A DNA stretch of 64,000 nucleotides from an uncultured Acidobacteriota bacterium (GCA_963809485.1 CAWEJX010000020.1:928001-992000), one strand, 5' to 3'. Shown: positions 1-10,758, counted from the stretch's first letter. Numbers and translations: made by a program. The notes: a model not told the origin generated them from the letters alone.

Positions 1-2
1 TG

Positions 3-1265
3 ACCCGGGAAGAGTTTGAAAAGTGGATAGCAGCACACCCGGAAGACCAGGAAAATTTCCAGAACCTGTATACCGTCATACGGCGCACGGAAGGCAAACT
101 CACCGCCGTGCCGTATTCTGAGGAATACCGGGCGACACTCGAATCCGCGGCCGGAAAGCTCCGCGAAGCGGCTGACCTCGCAGCCAATGCCTCGCTGAAA
201 TCCTTTCTCCTCCAACGCGCCAACGCTTTCCTGTCCAACAACTACCACGACAGCGACGTCGCCTGGGTGGAGATGGACTCCCCCGTTGAGGTCGTGATCG
301 GGCCCTATGAAGTCTACGAAGACGGAATCTTCAACGCGAAGGCAAGCTTCGAAGCATTCATCACGGCAGTCGACCGCCCGGAAAGCGAGAAACTGAAGGT
401 TTACATCCGTCATCTCCCTGCCATGGAAAAGTCTCTTCCGATCCCGGAGGAACACAAAAATCTCAAGCGGGGAACCGGATCGACCATAAAAGTGGTCCAG
501 GAGATCTTCACGGCCGGAGATGCCCGGCGCGGAGTCCAGACATCGGCCTTCAATCTTCCCAACGATGAGATGATACGACAGTCCAAAGGCTCCAAGAACA
601 TCCTGCTCAAAAATGTGATGCAGGCCAAATTCCGGCAGTCGGGAGAGCCGATTGCCCGGCGAGTGCTGGATCCGTCGCAGGATGCCCTTTTGTCCTTCGA
701 CGCCTATTTCAACCATACCCTGTTCCACGAGCTTTCGCATGCGCTGGGGCCGGGCATTATCAAGGGACCGGACGGCAAGATGCAGGAAAACCGCATCTAC
801 CTCAAAGCCCTCTATTCCACCATCGAGGAGTGCAAGGCGGACGTGGTCGGCATCTGGACGCTGCTCCATGCCATGGATCAGAAGCTCATCACAACCTTCG
901 ATGCCCCCAGGCTTTTTGTCACGGATGCGGCGCTGCTGTTCCGCAGCATGCGGTTTGGCATCGGGGAAGCGCACGGCGGCGGAGCCGCATTGCAGTGGAA
1001 CTGGTACAGGGAGAAACTCGCGATCGTGCCTTCAGCCGACGGGCGGTTCAGGATCGACGTGCCGAAATACCGGGAGGCGGCCCGAAATCTGGCAGAAGAA
1101 TTGCTAATGATTGAGGCGACCGGTGATTACGACCGGGCAGAGCGTCTGCTGAAACAATACTCGGTGTCGACGCCGGAAATCGAGGATGTAATTCCAAAGC
1201 TTCAGGATATTCCGGTAGACATCACTCCCGTCTTTGCAGCCGCCGGCGAGAAGAAAATGCAATAG
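3..1265 (+). CDS. Peptidase family M49 (dipeptidyl-peptidase III-like Zn peptidase), 5' end outside window
   Basis: Frame is open from the window edge; HELSH zinc motif and EECKAD motif typical of bacterial M49. Confidence 0.85.
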   Translation, partial: TREEFEKWIAAHPEDQENFQNLYTVIRRTEGKLTAVPYSEEYRATLESAAGKLREAADLAANASLKSFLLQRANAFLSNNYHDSDVAWVEMDSPVEVVIGPYEVYEDGIFNAKASFEAFITAVDRPESEKLKVYIRHLPAMEKSLPIPEEHKNLKRGTGSTIKVVQEIFTAGDARRGVQTSAFNLPNDEMIRQSKGSKNILLKNVMQAKFRQSGEPIARRVLDPSQDALLSFDAYFNHTLFHELSHALGPGIIKGPDGKMQENRIYLKALYSTIEECKADVVGIWTLLHAMDQKLITTFDAPRLFVTDAALLFRSMRFGIGEAHGGGAALQWNWYREKLAIVPSADGRFRIDVPKYREAARNLAEELLMIEATGDYDRAERLLKQYSVSTPEIEDVIPKLQDIPVDITPVFAAAGEKKMQ

Positions 1266-1395
1266 TACGGACTTGCAGGTTCCCTGCTGCGCGGGATTCG
1301 TTGAAATGCTTTGACAAAAAGCACCTATTCTTCAAATAGGTCAGAGAATCAGCGCCTTTTTCAGCGGGCGGATTGCGCGCCACCCAAAATATTGC

Positions 1396-1461
1396 TTGAC
1401 GCCGAATGGGAGAGAGAAATATGATCCTTCCTCAGTGTTACGATTTCCATATTCGTGTTAC
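1396..1461 (+). promoter_or_regulatory. Sigma70-like promoter followed by a candidate NikR-type operator
   Basis: TTGACG (1396-1401), 18 bp, TATGAT (1420-1425); then GTGTTAC-N13-GTGTTAC at 1435-1461. Confidence 0.55.
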
Positions 1462-2447
1462 AAAACAAGCGAATCGTGGAGGATATTTTGGAGGTATTGG
1501 CGGTATTCAAGGATTCGCTTGTGTCGACCGGAAGGTTCCTGCTGACTGTCATCCCGCTTTTTGCACTGGGGGTGATCCTGGCTCAGCTCTTCATTGAACT
1601 CCGCTGGCTCGACAAATTGTCCTGGCTTGCGCGTCCCTTGACGAAGCTCGGCCATCTGCACCCGGAATGCGCCGGAAGTTTTGCCGTCGCCGTCATCTCC
1701 CCCACGGCTGGACATTCGATGCTCGCGCGCTATCACAGTGAACAGCGCATAAGCCGGCCGGAACTGATCATCTCGGCGATTATGAACGCCCTTCCCGGCT
1801 ACATCGCACAGGGGCGCAGTGTCCTGCCCGTGACCCTGCCGCTGATCGGCATCTTCGGGCTGGCGTACTATGGCCTGGTTCTGCTTGCCGATCTGGTCAA
1901 ATCGTTAATTCTCCTGGCCGTCGGCCGGGTGATCCTTCCACATCCGGGAGCGGGGGTGACGTCCCTCCCCTCAGTCCCCGCACCAGAACGTCCAGGCGCC
2001 CGCGCAGCGCTTTCCAGCGCGCTGCGTGGTTCCGGGAAGATCGTCCCCAAAACTCTGAAAACACTGGTCCCGCTGACCCTGGCGGCCTTCTTTTTGATCG
2101 AGTCCGGAGTATTTGACTACGCTGCCAGGCACCTCGGTGTGGTAGCGCGCTATTTCCCCGTGCATCAGGCATCGCTGCCTATCATCGCCGCCCGCCTGGT
2201 CAGCCCGGTGGGCGCATACACAATGGCCGGAGGGCTGCTTTCCAAAGGGATGCTGGGAGGCAAAGATGTTGTCGCTGCGCTGCTGGTAGGCACGCTCCTG
2301 GCCACCATACCCAATATCAGGTACCTGGTCCCATACTATTTCGGAATCTTCGGGGCAACCATCGGGACTCAGCTCGTCATCGTTTCCACTCTGATGCGTG
2401 TCCTGGTTTTTACCGTAATCGTCGGTGTAGTAGCCCTGCTGCATTGA
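1455..2447 (+). CDS. Nucleoside-recognition (Gate) domain membrane protein; true start probably slightly downstream
   Basis: Multi-TM protein with two repeats; PLTKLGHLHPEC, SPTAGHSML and SPVGAYTM segments resemble Gate-domain proteins. Confidence 0.65.
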   Translation: MLQNKRIVEDILEVLAVFKDSLVSTGRFLLTVIPLFALGVILAQLFIELRWLDKLSWLARPLTKLGHLHPECAGSFAVAVISPTAGHSMLARYHSEQRISRPELIISAIMNALPGYIAQGRSVLPVTLPLIGIFGLAYYGLVLLADLVKSLILLAVGRVILPHPGAGVTSLPSVPAPERPGARAALSSALRGSGKIVPKTLKTLVPLTLAAFFLIESGVFDYAARHLGVVARYFPVHQASLPIIAARLVSPVGAYTMAGGLLSKGMLGGKDVVAALLVGTLLATIPNIRYLVPYYFGIFGATIGTQLVIVSTLMRVLVFTVIVGVVALLH

Positions 2448-2500
2448 GCAGGCCTGCCTAAGAGCAGGGGAAAATTTGGATAACGAGAGGAAGGCTTCGG

Positions 2501-3073
2501 ATGTTGAACTGGGACCTGGCAAAAGAGGATCCCTATTACCGCGCGCGCCGGCTTGAGGAAGGGGCACGCAAGGCAGATACGGCCGAAGCCTGGCAGGAAT
2601 TCGCCGTCCTTAAAGCCGGCAAGGGCAGCTACGTACTCGCGGCCTATGGGTTTTTCAACAGCGCCCTTGTTTGTGAACAGGCGGGCGATGCGGAGCAGGC
2701 CATTGGCTTTTACGGGCAGGCATTTCAAAACGCCCGCCGCGCACGCAGCATGGAACTCGCTTTAATGATTGCCTACCGCCACGCCCTTCTCGCCGAAAAA
2801 ACCGGGAAATGGCAAGCATGCATCGGCGCCTACGAGGCGATGGGGGCGCTTGCGGAAGAACTGGGGAACCACTTTATTGCCGCGGATGCCTACGAACACG
2901 CAGCCGAAATAAAGGCCAAAATCGGAGAATCACTGGCCGGATACGCGAAGCCGGTCGAGCAATGGGAGAAGAATGCCGCTTACTGGCGCGAGCGGGGCCA
3001 CGAGGACGACGCCTCCTGGAGCGAACGCCACATCATGCTTTACAGAATCCTTTTCGGGACGCAGAAGGAATGA
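2501..3073 (+). CDS. Hypothetical helical-repeat (TPR/SNAP-like) protein
   Basis: Ala-rich helical repeats (AAYGFFNSALVCEQAG, AADAYEHAAEI); ATGA overlap with next gene. Confidence 0.6.
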   Translation: MLNWDLAKEDPYYRARRLEEGARKADTAEAWQEFAVLKAGKGSYVLAAYGFFNSALVCEQAGDAEQAIGFYGQAFQNARRARSMELALMIAYRHALLAEKTGKWQACIGAYEAMGALAEELGNHFIAADAYEHAAEIKAKIGESLAGYAKPVEQWEKNAAYWRERGHEDDASWSERHIMLYRILFGTQKE

Positions 3074-4134
3074 TCGGGATACTTTTTCACGGGCCTGAAG
3101 TTTTTGATTCAGGCTGGGCACAGAAGATCGTCGAGGTTCTCGCCGCGACGGCCCCGCTGCGCTGTCTCCTGGCAGGCACCATGGGCCGGACAGCGGCAAT
3201 CGACAGCGGCCTGGCGGGCATCGAATGCCCCGGCACCCAGCCAAGCCAGATCCTGCGGGAAATTCAGAACGAAGTGGACCAGGTCGTATTTGCTAATTAC
3301 GGCAAGTCGCCGTCCTCGGGGCTCCTGCACGGGACGTTGATTGCCTCGAAGGCTGATATCGGCATTCCTCTCCTGCAGATCGAATGCTCTGCCGGCCTGC
3401 TTGTAGAGCTCAATTCCTTCAGATGCCCCGAACTGATCAGGGTTTTGGAACGACGGCTGGGGCTTCGGAAACACTGCCGTGTCGCAAACACAGATTCCAT
3501 CTGGGAAGAGAACGGCAGGACCTGCCGCAGACTCACAACTTCAGCTGCCGGCGACTTCGTCCTTGTGGATGGAATCGTAATCGGAAGAGCGACGGGCGAG
3601 GAAATTGTCATCGAGTGCCTGGGGCGACGAATCGCCGGAGCGCGCGGATTAAGCATCAAGAAGCACGGCCTGGAGAAGCTTGACCGCCTCGGCGGCATTG
3701 ATCTGAAATCGGTCAAACTGGCGACCACGCGCACCCTGCGTCGATCGGAGCACACTCCCCGGGTCGCAAAACGTGAGGGCAAGGGGATGGCATTCGTGGA
3801 TCACGCGGCGGCGCGCATCTTTGAACGGGTGCGCGGTGCGGAAGGCGCCGTAACCGTCGGGGACGACACGACTGCCATAGTCGGCGACATCCTCTATCGG
3901 TTTCAGATGCCGGTGATCGGCATCACCGACGGAGACGGGGACATGATTCTCGAGAATGCGAGGATCACACCCGGATCCGTAGTCTTTACCGTGCGCCAGG
4001 ATGACGCTTTCGGCCTCACTGTTTTCTCCGAAGTTTTCCAGAATCACGGCCTCATAGAAAGGCCGTTTAAAGCGGTCCGGGAACATATATCCGCGCTGGT
4101 GCGGGATGAGCTTGTGCGCGTTCAGGAATTCTGA
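3070..4134 (+). CDS. DUF2117 family protein
   Basis: N-terminal IGILFHGPEVFDSG, GTMGRTAAID, DH, TVGDDTT and GITDGD motifs; ATG at 3070 overlaps the upstream stop. Confidence 0.75.
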   Translation: MIGILFHGPEVFDSGWAQKIVEVLAATAPLRCLLAGTMGRTAAIDSGLAGIECPGTQPSQILREIQNEVDQVVFANYGKSPSSGLLHGTLIASKADIGIPLLQIECSAGLLVELNSFRCPELIRVLERRLGLRKHCRVANTDSIWEENGRTCRRLTTSAAGDFVLVDGIVIGRATGEEIVIECLGRRIAGARGLSIKKHGLEKLDRLGGIDLKSVKLATTRTLRRSEHTPRVAKREGKGMAFVDHAAARIFERVRGAEGAVTVGDDTTAIVGDILYRFQMPVIGITDGDGDMILENARITPGSVVFTVRQDDAFGLTVFSEVFQNHGLIERPFKAVREHISALVRDELVRVQEF

Positions 4135-4149
4135 GCACATGTAAGGGAA

Positions 4150-6447
4150 ATGGAAATGAGACAGTCAGCAGAATGGCGCGTTTTCAGCGGTTCCCGCCGC
4201 CTCAATGGAGCGGCGAGCCTGTTGCTCAGCCTCGGCCTTACCGGATTCTTCTCCAGTTTCGCGACAGATTCAACCGCTCAGGAGGAATCCAGGGCTCCTG
4301 TACAAAGCCAGCTCAATGAAGTGGTCGTCGTTACCGCCACGCGCTCCGACAAAAAACTTGAGGAATCGCCCGGCAGCACGTCTGTGATCGAAATGGGCGA
4401 CATTGCCAACCGCAGTGTGAAAACAATTGACCAGGCCATCAACACGGTACCCGGCGTTTTCAACCGCCGGGGCAAGGGCCTGATGGACACTCAGTCCACC
4501 ATCACTCTGCGAGGTTTTCCCAGCCAGCAGAGAACGCTGATTTTGATGGATGGCGTACCCCTGAACGACAGCTACACCGGGGGCGTCCAGTTTGGAGGCC
4601 TGGCAACCGGGAATGTCGAAAGAATCGAGGTGGTCAGGGGGCCGTTCTCCAGCCTTTATGGCGGCAATGCAATGGGGGGTGTCGTCAACATTATCACAAG
4701 GATGCCTGAAGGCAGGCAGTTGATAATGAGCGGCGGCTTCGGCACCGGGCTCGGGAACCATCAGGCGATCAACGACTTGAGCCGGGGGTACTTTTCCTAC
4801 GGTGAAACATTCAAGGGTAAACTCGGCATCCTGATCAGCTACGGCTACAGCCGCGCCAACGGTTTTGCCAACGACCTGAACGCTCAAAGCAGCCAGCCGC
4901 CGGCTGGAATTACCGGCTACGGCGAAACCACGGACACACAGGGGAACAAGCGTTTTGTTTTGGGAGACAGGGGCGACAACACCTGGGAGGATCATGACTT
5001 CGGCCTCAAAGCGAGCTACCGGGTTTCGGACGCCACGCAGTTCGGATTCTCGCTTGTCACAACCGGCTACAAGTACGGAACCGATGAACCGCACAGCTAT
5101 CTTCGCGACGCCTCCGGTAATCCCGTGTATTCTTTCACATCGGGCAAGACAACCGTCCGTGAGTCCTCATTTCTGAGCGGATCCGGCAATAAAAGACAGG
5201 ACATTTACAGCCTGTTCTACGAAACGAAGATCGGCCGGGCCCGGGTAAGATCCAGCGTGAGTTATTTGAACGTCAACCACAACTGGTACACAACGCCGGG
5301 ATCCACGGACGCCACAACCATAAGCGGCGGACCGGGCACGGTAGCCGAAACTCCTGTCGACAAGACCACCGGCAGCATTCAATTCACGTTTACGATACTT
5401 GACCGCCACTTCCTTACTGCGGGAACGGACCTGACGGGCAGTTCCGCTCAAACCCGGGAGTACGGGCTGACAAACTGGCGCGATGAAGGCTCACGATCGT
5501 CTATGACCTATAACGCCCGCGGGAAATCTCTGACAAACGGTTTTTACCTGCAGGATGAGATTCTTCTCCGGCATGACCTGACGGCCTATCTTGGCGTGCG
5601 CGGAGATTACTGGCGGACCTATGACGGCTACGCCAACCAGGCGGACACGGCAGGATACCCGGCCCATTATGCTGAAAGGGATGCCTTCAGCCTCAGCCCC
5701 AAAGCCGCCGTTGTTTACCGTCTATCCCATGGAACAACGCTGAGAAGCTCGATCGGAAGGGCCTTCCGCCCCCCGACAGTCTATGAGTTATACAGGACAT
5801 GGTCCTACTCATCCGGGACCGTTTACCGGGGGAATCCTGATCTGGCACCCGAAACCGCTATCTCGTGGGATGCAGCCATCGATCAGGACCTGTGGAGAGG
5901 AGCCCGATTTTCAGGGGCGTATTTCGAGAATCGAATGTCCAATCTGATTTACCGCCGAACCGACCCGGCAAATTCCAAAATCAACGAATATGTCAATGCA
6001 GGCAGGGCAAAGGGCAGGGGGATCGAACTGGAGTTGAGCCAGTGGTTTACTCCGGAGTTGAAATTATTCGCCAACGGCACATTCAACAGCGCCAAAGTGA
6101 CCGAGAATACCTCGAAACCGTCAACTGAAGGTAAGTTCCTCACCTATCTTCCGCGATGGACCGGAAATGGCGGCGCCGAATTTGAACGAGGCCGATTGAC
6201 GGCGACGCTTGTGGGCAGGTATGTATCCAAACTCTACACGCACGATGAAAATAAAGATCTCGTCACCAATGTGCCCGGATCCTATGATCCCTATTTTAGT
6301 GCCGACGCCAAAATGATTTTCCGGATCAGCCGCCTGCTGGCCTTCTCGATTTCCATCGAAAACATCCTTGACCGGGACTATTTTTATTCCTACCTGGCTC
6401 CGGGACGTTCGTTCTTTGCCGAGATACTGGTGAACTGGATAGACTAG
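4150..6447 (+). CDS. TonB-dependent receptor
   Basis: Signal peptide, VVVTATR TonB box, plug motif ERIEVVRGPFSSLYGGNAMGGVVNIIT, GNPDLAPE, C-terminal PGRSFF. Confidence 0.93.
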   Translation: MEMRQSAEWRVFSGSRRLNGAASLLLSLGLTGFFSSFATDSTAQEESRAPVQSQLNEVVVVTATRSDKKLEESPGSTSVIEMGDIANRSVKTIDQAINTVPGVFNRRGKGLMDTQSTITLRGFPSQQRTLILMDGVPLNDSYTGGVQFGGLATGNVERIEVVRGPFSSLYGGNAMGGVVNIITRMPEGRQLIMSGGFGTGLGNHQAINDLSRGYFSYGETFKGKLGILISYGYSRANGFANDLNAQSSQPPAGITGYGETTDTQGNKRFVLGDRGDNTWEDHDFGLKASYRVSDATQFGFSLVTTGYKYGTDEPHSYLRDASGNPVYSFTSGKTTVRESSFLSGSGNKRQDIYSLFYETKIGRARVRSSVSYLNVNHNWYTTPGSTDATTISGGPGTVAETPVDKTTGSIQFTFTILDRHFLTAGTDLTGSSAQTREYGLTNWRDEGSRSSMTYNARGKSLTNGFYLQDEILLRHDLTAYLGVRGDYWRTYDGYANQADTAGYPAHYAERDAFSLSPKAAVVYRLSHGTTLRSSIGRAFRPPTVYELYRTWSYSSGTVYRGNPDLAPETAISWDAAIDQDLWRGARFSGAYFENRMSNLIYRRTDPANSKINEYVNAGRAKGRGIELELSQWFTPELKLFANGTFNSAKVTENTSKPSTEGKFLTYLPRWTGNGGAEFERGRLTATLVGRYVSKLYTHDENKDLVTNVPGSYDPYFSADAKMIFRISRLLAFSISIENILDRDYFYSYLAPGRSFFAEILVNWID

Positions 6448-6493
6448 CCTGTCCGGATCGCCCACCATTTGAAGCCTGAAGACACATTCAGCA

Positions 6494-6630
6494 ACCTCCG
6501 GTAAATCAGGAAGCTTGAAGGCAGACCGCCGGCAGTTGTCGTTCATCAGCGGTTTGGCCGGCGAATGCCGACGTTATCTGACTCCGGAGATCTCCAACTT
6601 CAAGCCATCCAACAAAACTTCGCGATTAGG
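6494..6630 (-). repeat. Possible highly eroded copy of the IS200-ended element
   Basis: ACCTCCGGTAAATCAGGAAGCTTGAAG resembles the element end ACCTCCGGCAAAGCCGGAGGCTTGAAAG. Confidence 0.35.
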
Positions 6631-6655
6631 TGCATGTTCAAGGCAACCGAAGGGT

Positions 6656-6698
6656 GTAATTTTCATTGTCTTATCGTAATAATTTGTTATTAATAGTT
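6656..6698 (+). promoter_or_regulatory. Shared AT-rich promoter/operator, copy 1
   Basis: 37/43 identical to 8171-8213; GTWAT units in 10-bp phase. Confidence 0.6.
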
Positions 6699-6787
6699 GC
6701 CTTTGCGCCTGGAATCATGGATTCCGGCGATGGATTAATCTATTACTAGGGATTCGCCGAAGATTCGAGTCCTGATTGGAGTCTGCC

Positions 6788-7987
6788 ATGCGTAAGACTT
6801 TTGTTTTGGCCGCGATTCTGATTGCAGTGACGGCCATTTGCTGGCTGATTGCGGCAGCTTCTCCGCAGGAAGAAGTCAAATCCAGGGCTTATGTCGGCCA
6901 CCAGAACGACCGGGATGTCCAGAACTTTGCCAGGCAATACCCGAAGGCTATTGGAACGCGGCTGGACGACTGTCAGACCTGCCACCGCAGCGGCGTGGCC
7001 GGGACCGATACGGCACGCGAATTCAGCCCGTGCGGTTATTGCCATTTACTTCAGTATTCCAATCCGCGGTACAAGACGGGGGTCCCCAAAAGCTTTGAGG
7101 ACACCCTCAATTCTTATGGGCTCGCTTACAAACAGGCGGGCAGGACACCCGAGGCAATAGCGTCGATCGGGAAGCTCGATTGCGACGGCGATACACACTC
7201 AAATTCCGAGGAAATTGGTGCGTTGCGATACCCCGGCGACAGTGCAAGCCGGCCGGGGCAGCCTTTGGCTCCGACCATAGTCCTAAGCTGGCAAGATATC
7301 CGGAAACTCCCCACGCACAAACAGTTTATGCTGATTAACACCAACTCCGAGCCGTTCGACGACTACGTGACCTATGCAGGGATCCGGGTCAGGGACCTGC
7401 TTGAAGCCGCGCATGTGGACCTGAGCGGCGCGGCCGGCATTACCGTATTTGCGCCCGATGGATATAGCACCGATTATGCCCTGAGCGATATAGGCGGGCC
7501 GTTTCCCAAAGGCTATTTTTATGCCGCGCCAGGCGCCATCAAGGATCCGGAGAAGGCTCTGGCTCGTTATCCGGACAAAATTCCGCCGGGAGTAGCAGAC
7601 GGTAAGGAGATTCCGGACACGCCATGGCTTCTGCTGGCCTTCGAGCGTGACGGCAAGCCCCTCGATACCTCTCACTATGAAAAAGGCACCGGGCGCCTCG
7701 CCGGAGAAGGGCCCTACCGGCTTGTTAAGCCAATGCGGGACCTGCTGGCAGGAGATCCTTCGAGACCGGGGCGGCCCGACAGATCCATAAAAGCGAAGGC
7801 CTTCGGAGACAGCTGGGATTTTGACAAGACAATCGATCACAATGCAGGGGCCTGCATTCGGGGCGCGACGGTCATTAGGGTCAACCCGATGCCTGCGGGA
7901 TTCGAGGAGTACGACTGGAAGAACGGGTGGCCCCTGATCGAAGGGAAGCAAATCGTGATTTTCGGCAGAGGAGTCACGAAGAGATAG
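6788..7987 (+). CDS. Exported diheme c-type protein with C-terminal sulfite-oxidase-like fold (GEGP-motif diheme family), paralog 1
   Basis: Signal peptide, CQTCH and CGYCH, DCDGD motif, YAGIRVRDLL..DGYS..LLAFERDGKPL..GEGPYRLV. Confidence 0.75.
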   Translation: MRKTFVLAAILIAVTAICWLIAAASPQEEVKSRAYVGHQNDRDVQNFARQYPKAIGTRLDDCQTCHRSGVAGTDTAREFSPCGYCHLLQYSNPRYKTGVPKSFEDTLNSYGLAYKQAGRTPEAIASIGKLDCDGDTHSNSEEIGALRYPGDSASRPGQPLAPTIVLSWQDIRKLPTHKQFMLINTNSEPFDDYVTYAGIRVRDLLEAAHVDLSGAAGITVFAPDGYSTDYALSDIGGPFPKGYFYAAPGAIKDPEKALARYPDKIPPGVADGKEIPDTPWLLLAFERDGKPLDTSHYEKGTGRLAGEGPYRLVKPMRDLLAGDPSRPGRPDRSIKAKAFGDSWDFDKTIDHNAGACIRGATVIRVNPMPAGFEEYDWKNGWPLIEGKQIVIFGRGVTKR

Positions 7988-8047
7988 CCAATTCGCATTC
8001 TCCGCAGCCTTCCTGCCGACGCGGCTCGGATATGCATACACACTCTC

Positions 8048-8075
8048 GGTTGAAGGTTGCAGGTTGCAGGTTTCA
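8048..8075 (+). repeat. Short heptamer tandem repeat (GGTTGCA-like x4)
   Basis: GGTTGAA GGTTGCA GGTTGCA GGTTTCA; related arrays at 20230-20288 and (reverse) 47218-47252. Confidence 0.55.
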
Positions 8076-8170
8076 AAAATCAGATGCGCGCCTCATCGAT
8101 AGATCCTTTGAATAAATCAGATTATGTTTCCCTGTCCTAATTTGTACAGCCGGAAGACAGCAGTTAAACT

Positions 8171-8213
8171 GTAATATTCATTGACTTATTGTCATATTTT
8201 GTTATTAATTGTT
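8171..8213 (+). promoter_or_regulatory. Shared AT-rich promoter/operator, copy 2
   Basis: Contains TTGACT; 37/43 identical to 6656-6698; upstream of AAAGGAG RBS and ATG at 8259. Confidence 0.6.
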
Positions 8214-8258
8214 ATTTTGTTCTCATGCGTTTGAGAAATAGATAAAGGAGAATTATCC

Positions 8259-10693
8259 ATGTGTTTCAAACACAACATGCGGGCATATTTTGTATTGCTT
8301 GCATTGACTCTGCTGATTTTTGCCGGAGCATTTTCCTCTCTGCAGGCGCAGACAAAGCAAATGCTCCAATGGTCCAGTGATCTCAATTACCTCAAAAACG
8401 CCTCCGCGGACGAATTGACGACTAAACAAGGCCGCGATTGTGCAAATCCGCAACGGCGTGGATCTCTGGCTGAAGATGCATCCGGATACCAAAATCGATT
8501 TGCAGTCGGCCCCGCCGGAACCGTGGAACGCGGATCAGCTCCGCGACCAGGTCACCGCGCTCATAGCTGCGGTAGAAGGCATCCTGAAAGAGGATCCCAG
8601 CCGGCCGTTCGACATGGGAGTGACGATGGTCAGCGTCACGGCGGAGGCGTCGGCTCTGTCCCCGGTAGCTGACAGCTTCGACACGCACAGAAATTGTCAA
8701 CCGCCAAGCGCTGACTTCAGCCGCGGCGCTCGATTACATACCTGGAGTGGCTATCGACCACGCTTCATCAGGACGGAACGAGGCATCCATGCGCCTTCGG
8801 GGATTCACGTCAAAAGGTCAGGTCCCTGTCTACATCGACGGCATTCAGGTCAGCATGCCCTACGACGGCACGATAGATTTCAACCGTTTTCTTTCCAACG
8901 ATTTCTCAGAGGTACAGGTATCCAAGGGCTTTTCCTCTCCATTGCTTGGCCCCAATGCCCTGGGCGGTTCCATCAATCTGGTCACAAGGCAGCCGGATAA
9001 GAAGTATCAGGGGGATGTGCTTATGGGAACCGGATCTGGCGACATGCTGCTCTCGTCGGTAAATCTCGGATCCCGATGGGAAAAATTCTATCTTCAGGGT
9101 TCATTTGACTGGCTTCAGAACGATTATGTTCCTCTTTCCGACAATTTCCCGTTGAACGCTTTTCAGCCAACCAACGAACGCAACAATTCCGATACTCGCG
9201 ATGCGAAGTATTCCGGACGTTTCGCCTATACTCCAAAGGGCGAAGACCAATATGTATTCAGCTACATCAACCAGAAGGCTGAAAAAGGCGTACCCCTTTA
9301 TGCGGGACCAAATTCCGCCGCAACCTTCAACCAATTTTCCTATAGAAGGTGGCCGTATTGGAACAAAACCGCCTACTATCTCATCACCAACACCGGATTA
9401 GGCGAATCTAGTTCCATCAAGCTGCGCGCGTACTACGACCAGTTCAACAATGAGCTGGACTTTTACGACAATGCCTCCTTCTCAACCATGAACAAGGCCA
9501 CGTCGAACCACAGCTTCTATGACGACCACAGCGCCGGCGCATCCGCCGAATTCAACACACGGGCATTACCTCGGAACTTGCTCAGCGCTTCCTTCTTCTT
9601 CAGGGACGATAATCACAAGGAAATTCTCGAATATCCGGCAAAGGCGCCCTATCCGTTCATCACACCAACGCAGGTCAACAGGGCTCAGATGTTTTCCATG
9701 GGATTCCAGGATGTAATTGCGATTACAGAGCGCCTGCGCGCAACATTTGGCTTCAGCGCAGACTATATGAAGGGAATGCACATTCAGAAGCTCAACAGGG
9801 CTGAGACTGCCCTGATACCCGTCACCTGCGCATCCAACCCGGACAATGACTCCTTCCGGGGCTGCCTTGCCAGCGTGTGGAACTACAACCCGCAGGCTTC
9901 TCTTTCCTATTCGATTTCGTCGCTGGACACCGTTTACTTTACCATTGCCGACCGAGGCCGATTCCCCCTGCTAAAGGAAAGCTACTCTTACAGCCTGGGC
10001 CGGGGAATCCCGAATCCCGACCTGGAGCCGGAGCACAACACCAGCTTCAATGTCGGCTACTCGCACGCATTCCCGGGCAAGACCATGTTCCAGGTTGAAT
10101 ACTTCTACAACCGTCTCCGCAATGCGATTCAATCGGTCTACAGAGTGGATCCCGGCGGAACCGAAGATCCCTTCTGCAGCAATACCGGTTCTCAGGCAGG
10201 ATATTGCAGCCAGAACGTAAACATCGCCAGAGAGCGGCATCAGGGATTCGAGGTCAGTATCCGAAGCACGCCGATTTCGCGCCTGACCATGGACGTGAAC
10301 TACAGCTACCTCAACCGCAACATGGAGTATGATTTCGGGAACGTCGTCGATGTCAGCCAGGTCCTCACCTCGGTCCAGATTCTGCCGACCTATCCCAAGA
10401 ACAAGGTCATCTTCAATGCCACACTGAGGCTGCCGCACGAAATCCTGGCCATTGGCAATTACCGATATGAGGGCGGCATTGTCCTGCAGGATACAACCTA
10501 CAGAACCCCGCCCGGCAACCTAGCCTTTTCTTCTTCCTATGGTACAGTGGATGTAGGGGGCATTATCCCCATTTATGCGGGATTTTCCGTGCAGGCGGGC
10601 GTGAAGAATATCATCGACCGCGACTATTATTACACGGCCGGCTATCCCGAAGCGGGCCGCAGCTGGTACTTTAACGCACGCTACCGGTTCTAG
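8259..10693 (+). pseudogene. TonB-dependent receptor split by two +1 frameshifts (~8430 and ~8683); pseudogene or sequencing error
   Basis: Signal peptide (8259 frame), N-domain and TonB box (8440 frame) and plug/barrel ending in YRF (8747 frame) join into one protein if two bases are removed. Confidence 0.8.
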
Positions 10694-10705
10694 GAACCTT
10701 CAAGG

Positions 10706-10758
10706 CAGCCATGAATTTCACGAATCCGTCATTCGTGTCAATTCGTGGCTGTTTTTTT
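10706..10758 (+). terminator. Hairpin plus T-tract between TBDR and substrate-binding protein gene
   Basis: CAGCCATGAATT..CACGAAT-loop-ATTCGTG..AATTCGTGGCTG followed by T7. Confidence 0.5.

Noticed and set aside
2809-3069. N-terminal extension of the DUF2117 ORF
   Set aside because: Overlaps the upstream gene; family-like sequence begins at the ATG at 3070
6448-8258. Cobalamin or Moco riboswitch upstream of the uptake genes
   Set aside because: No B12-box or other riboswitch consensus recognised by eye; an Rfam scan would be decisive
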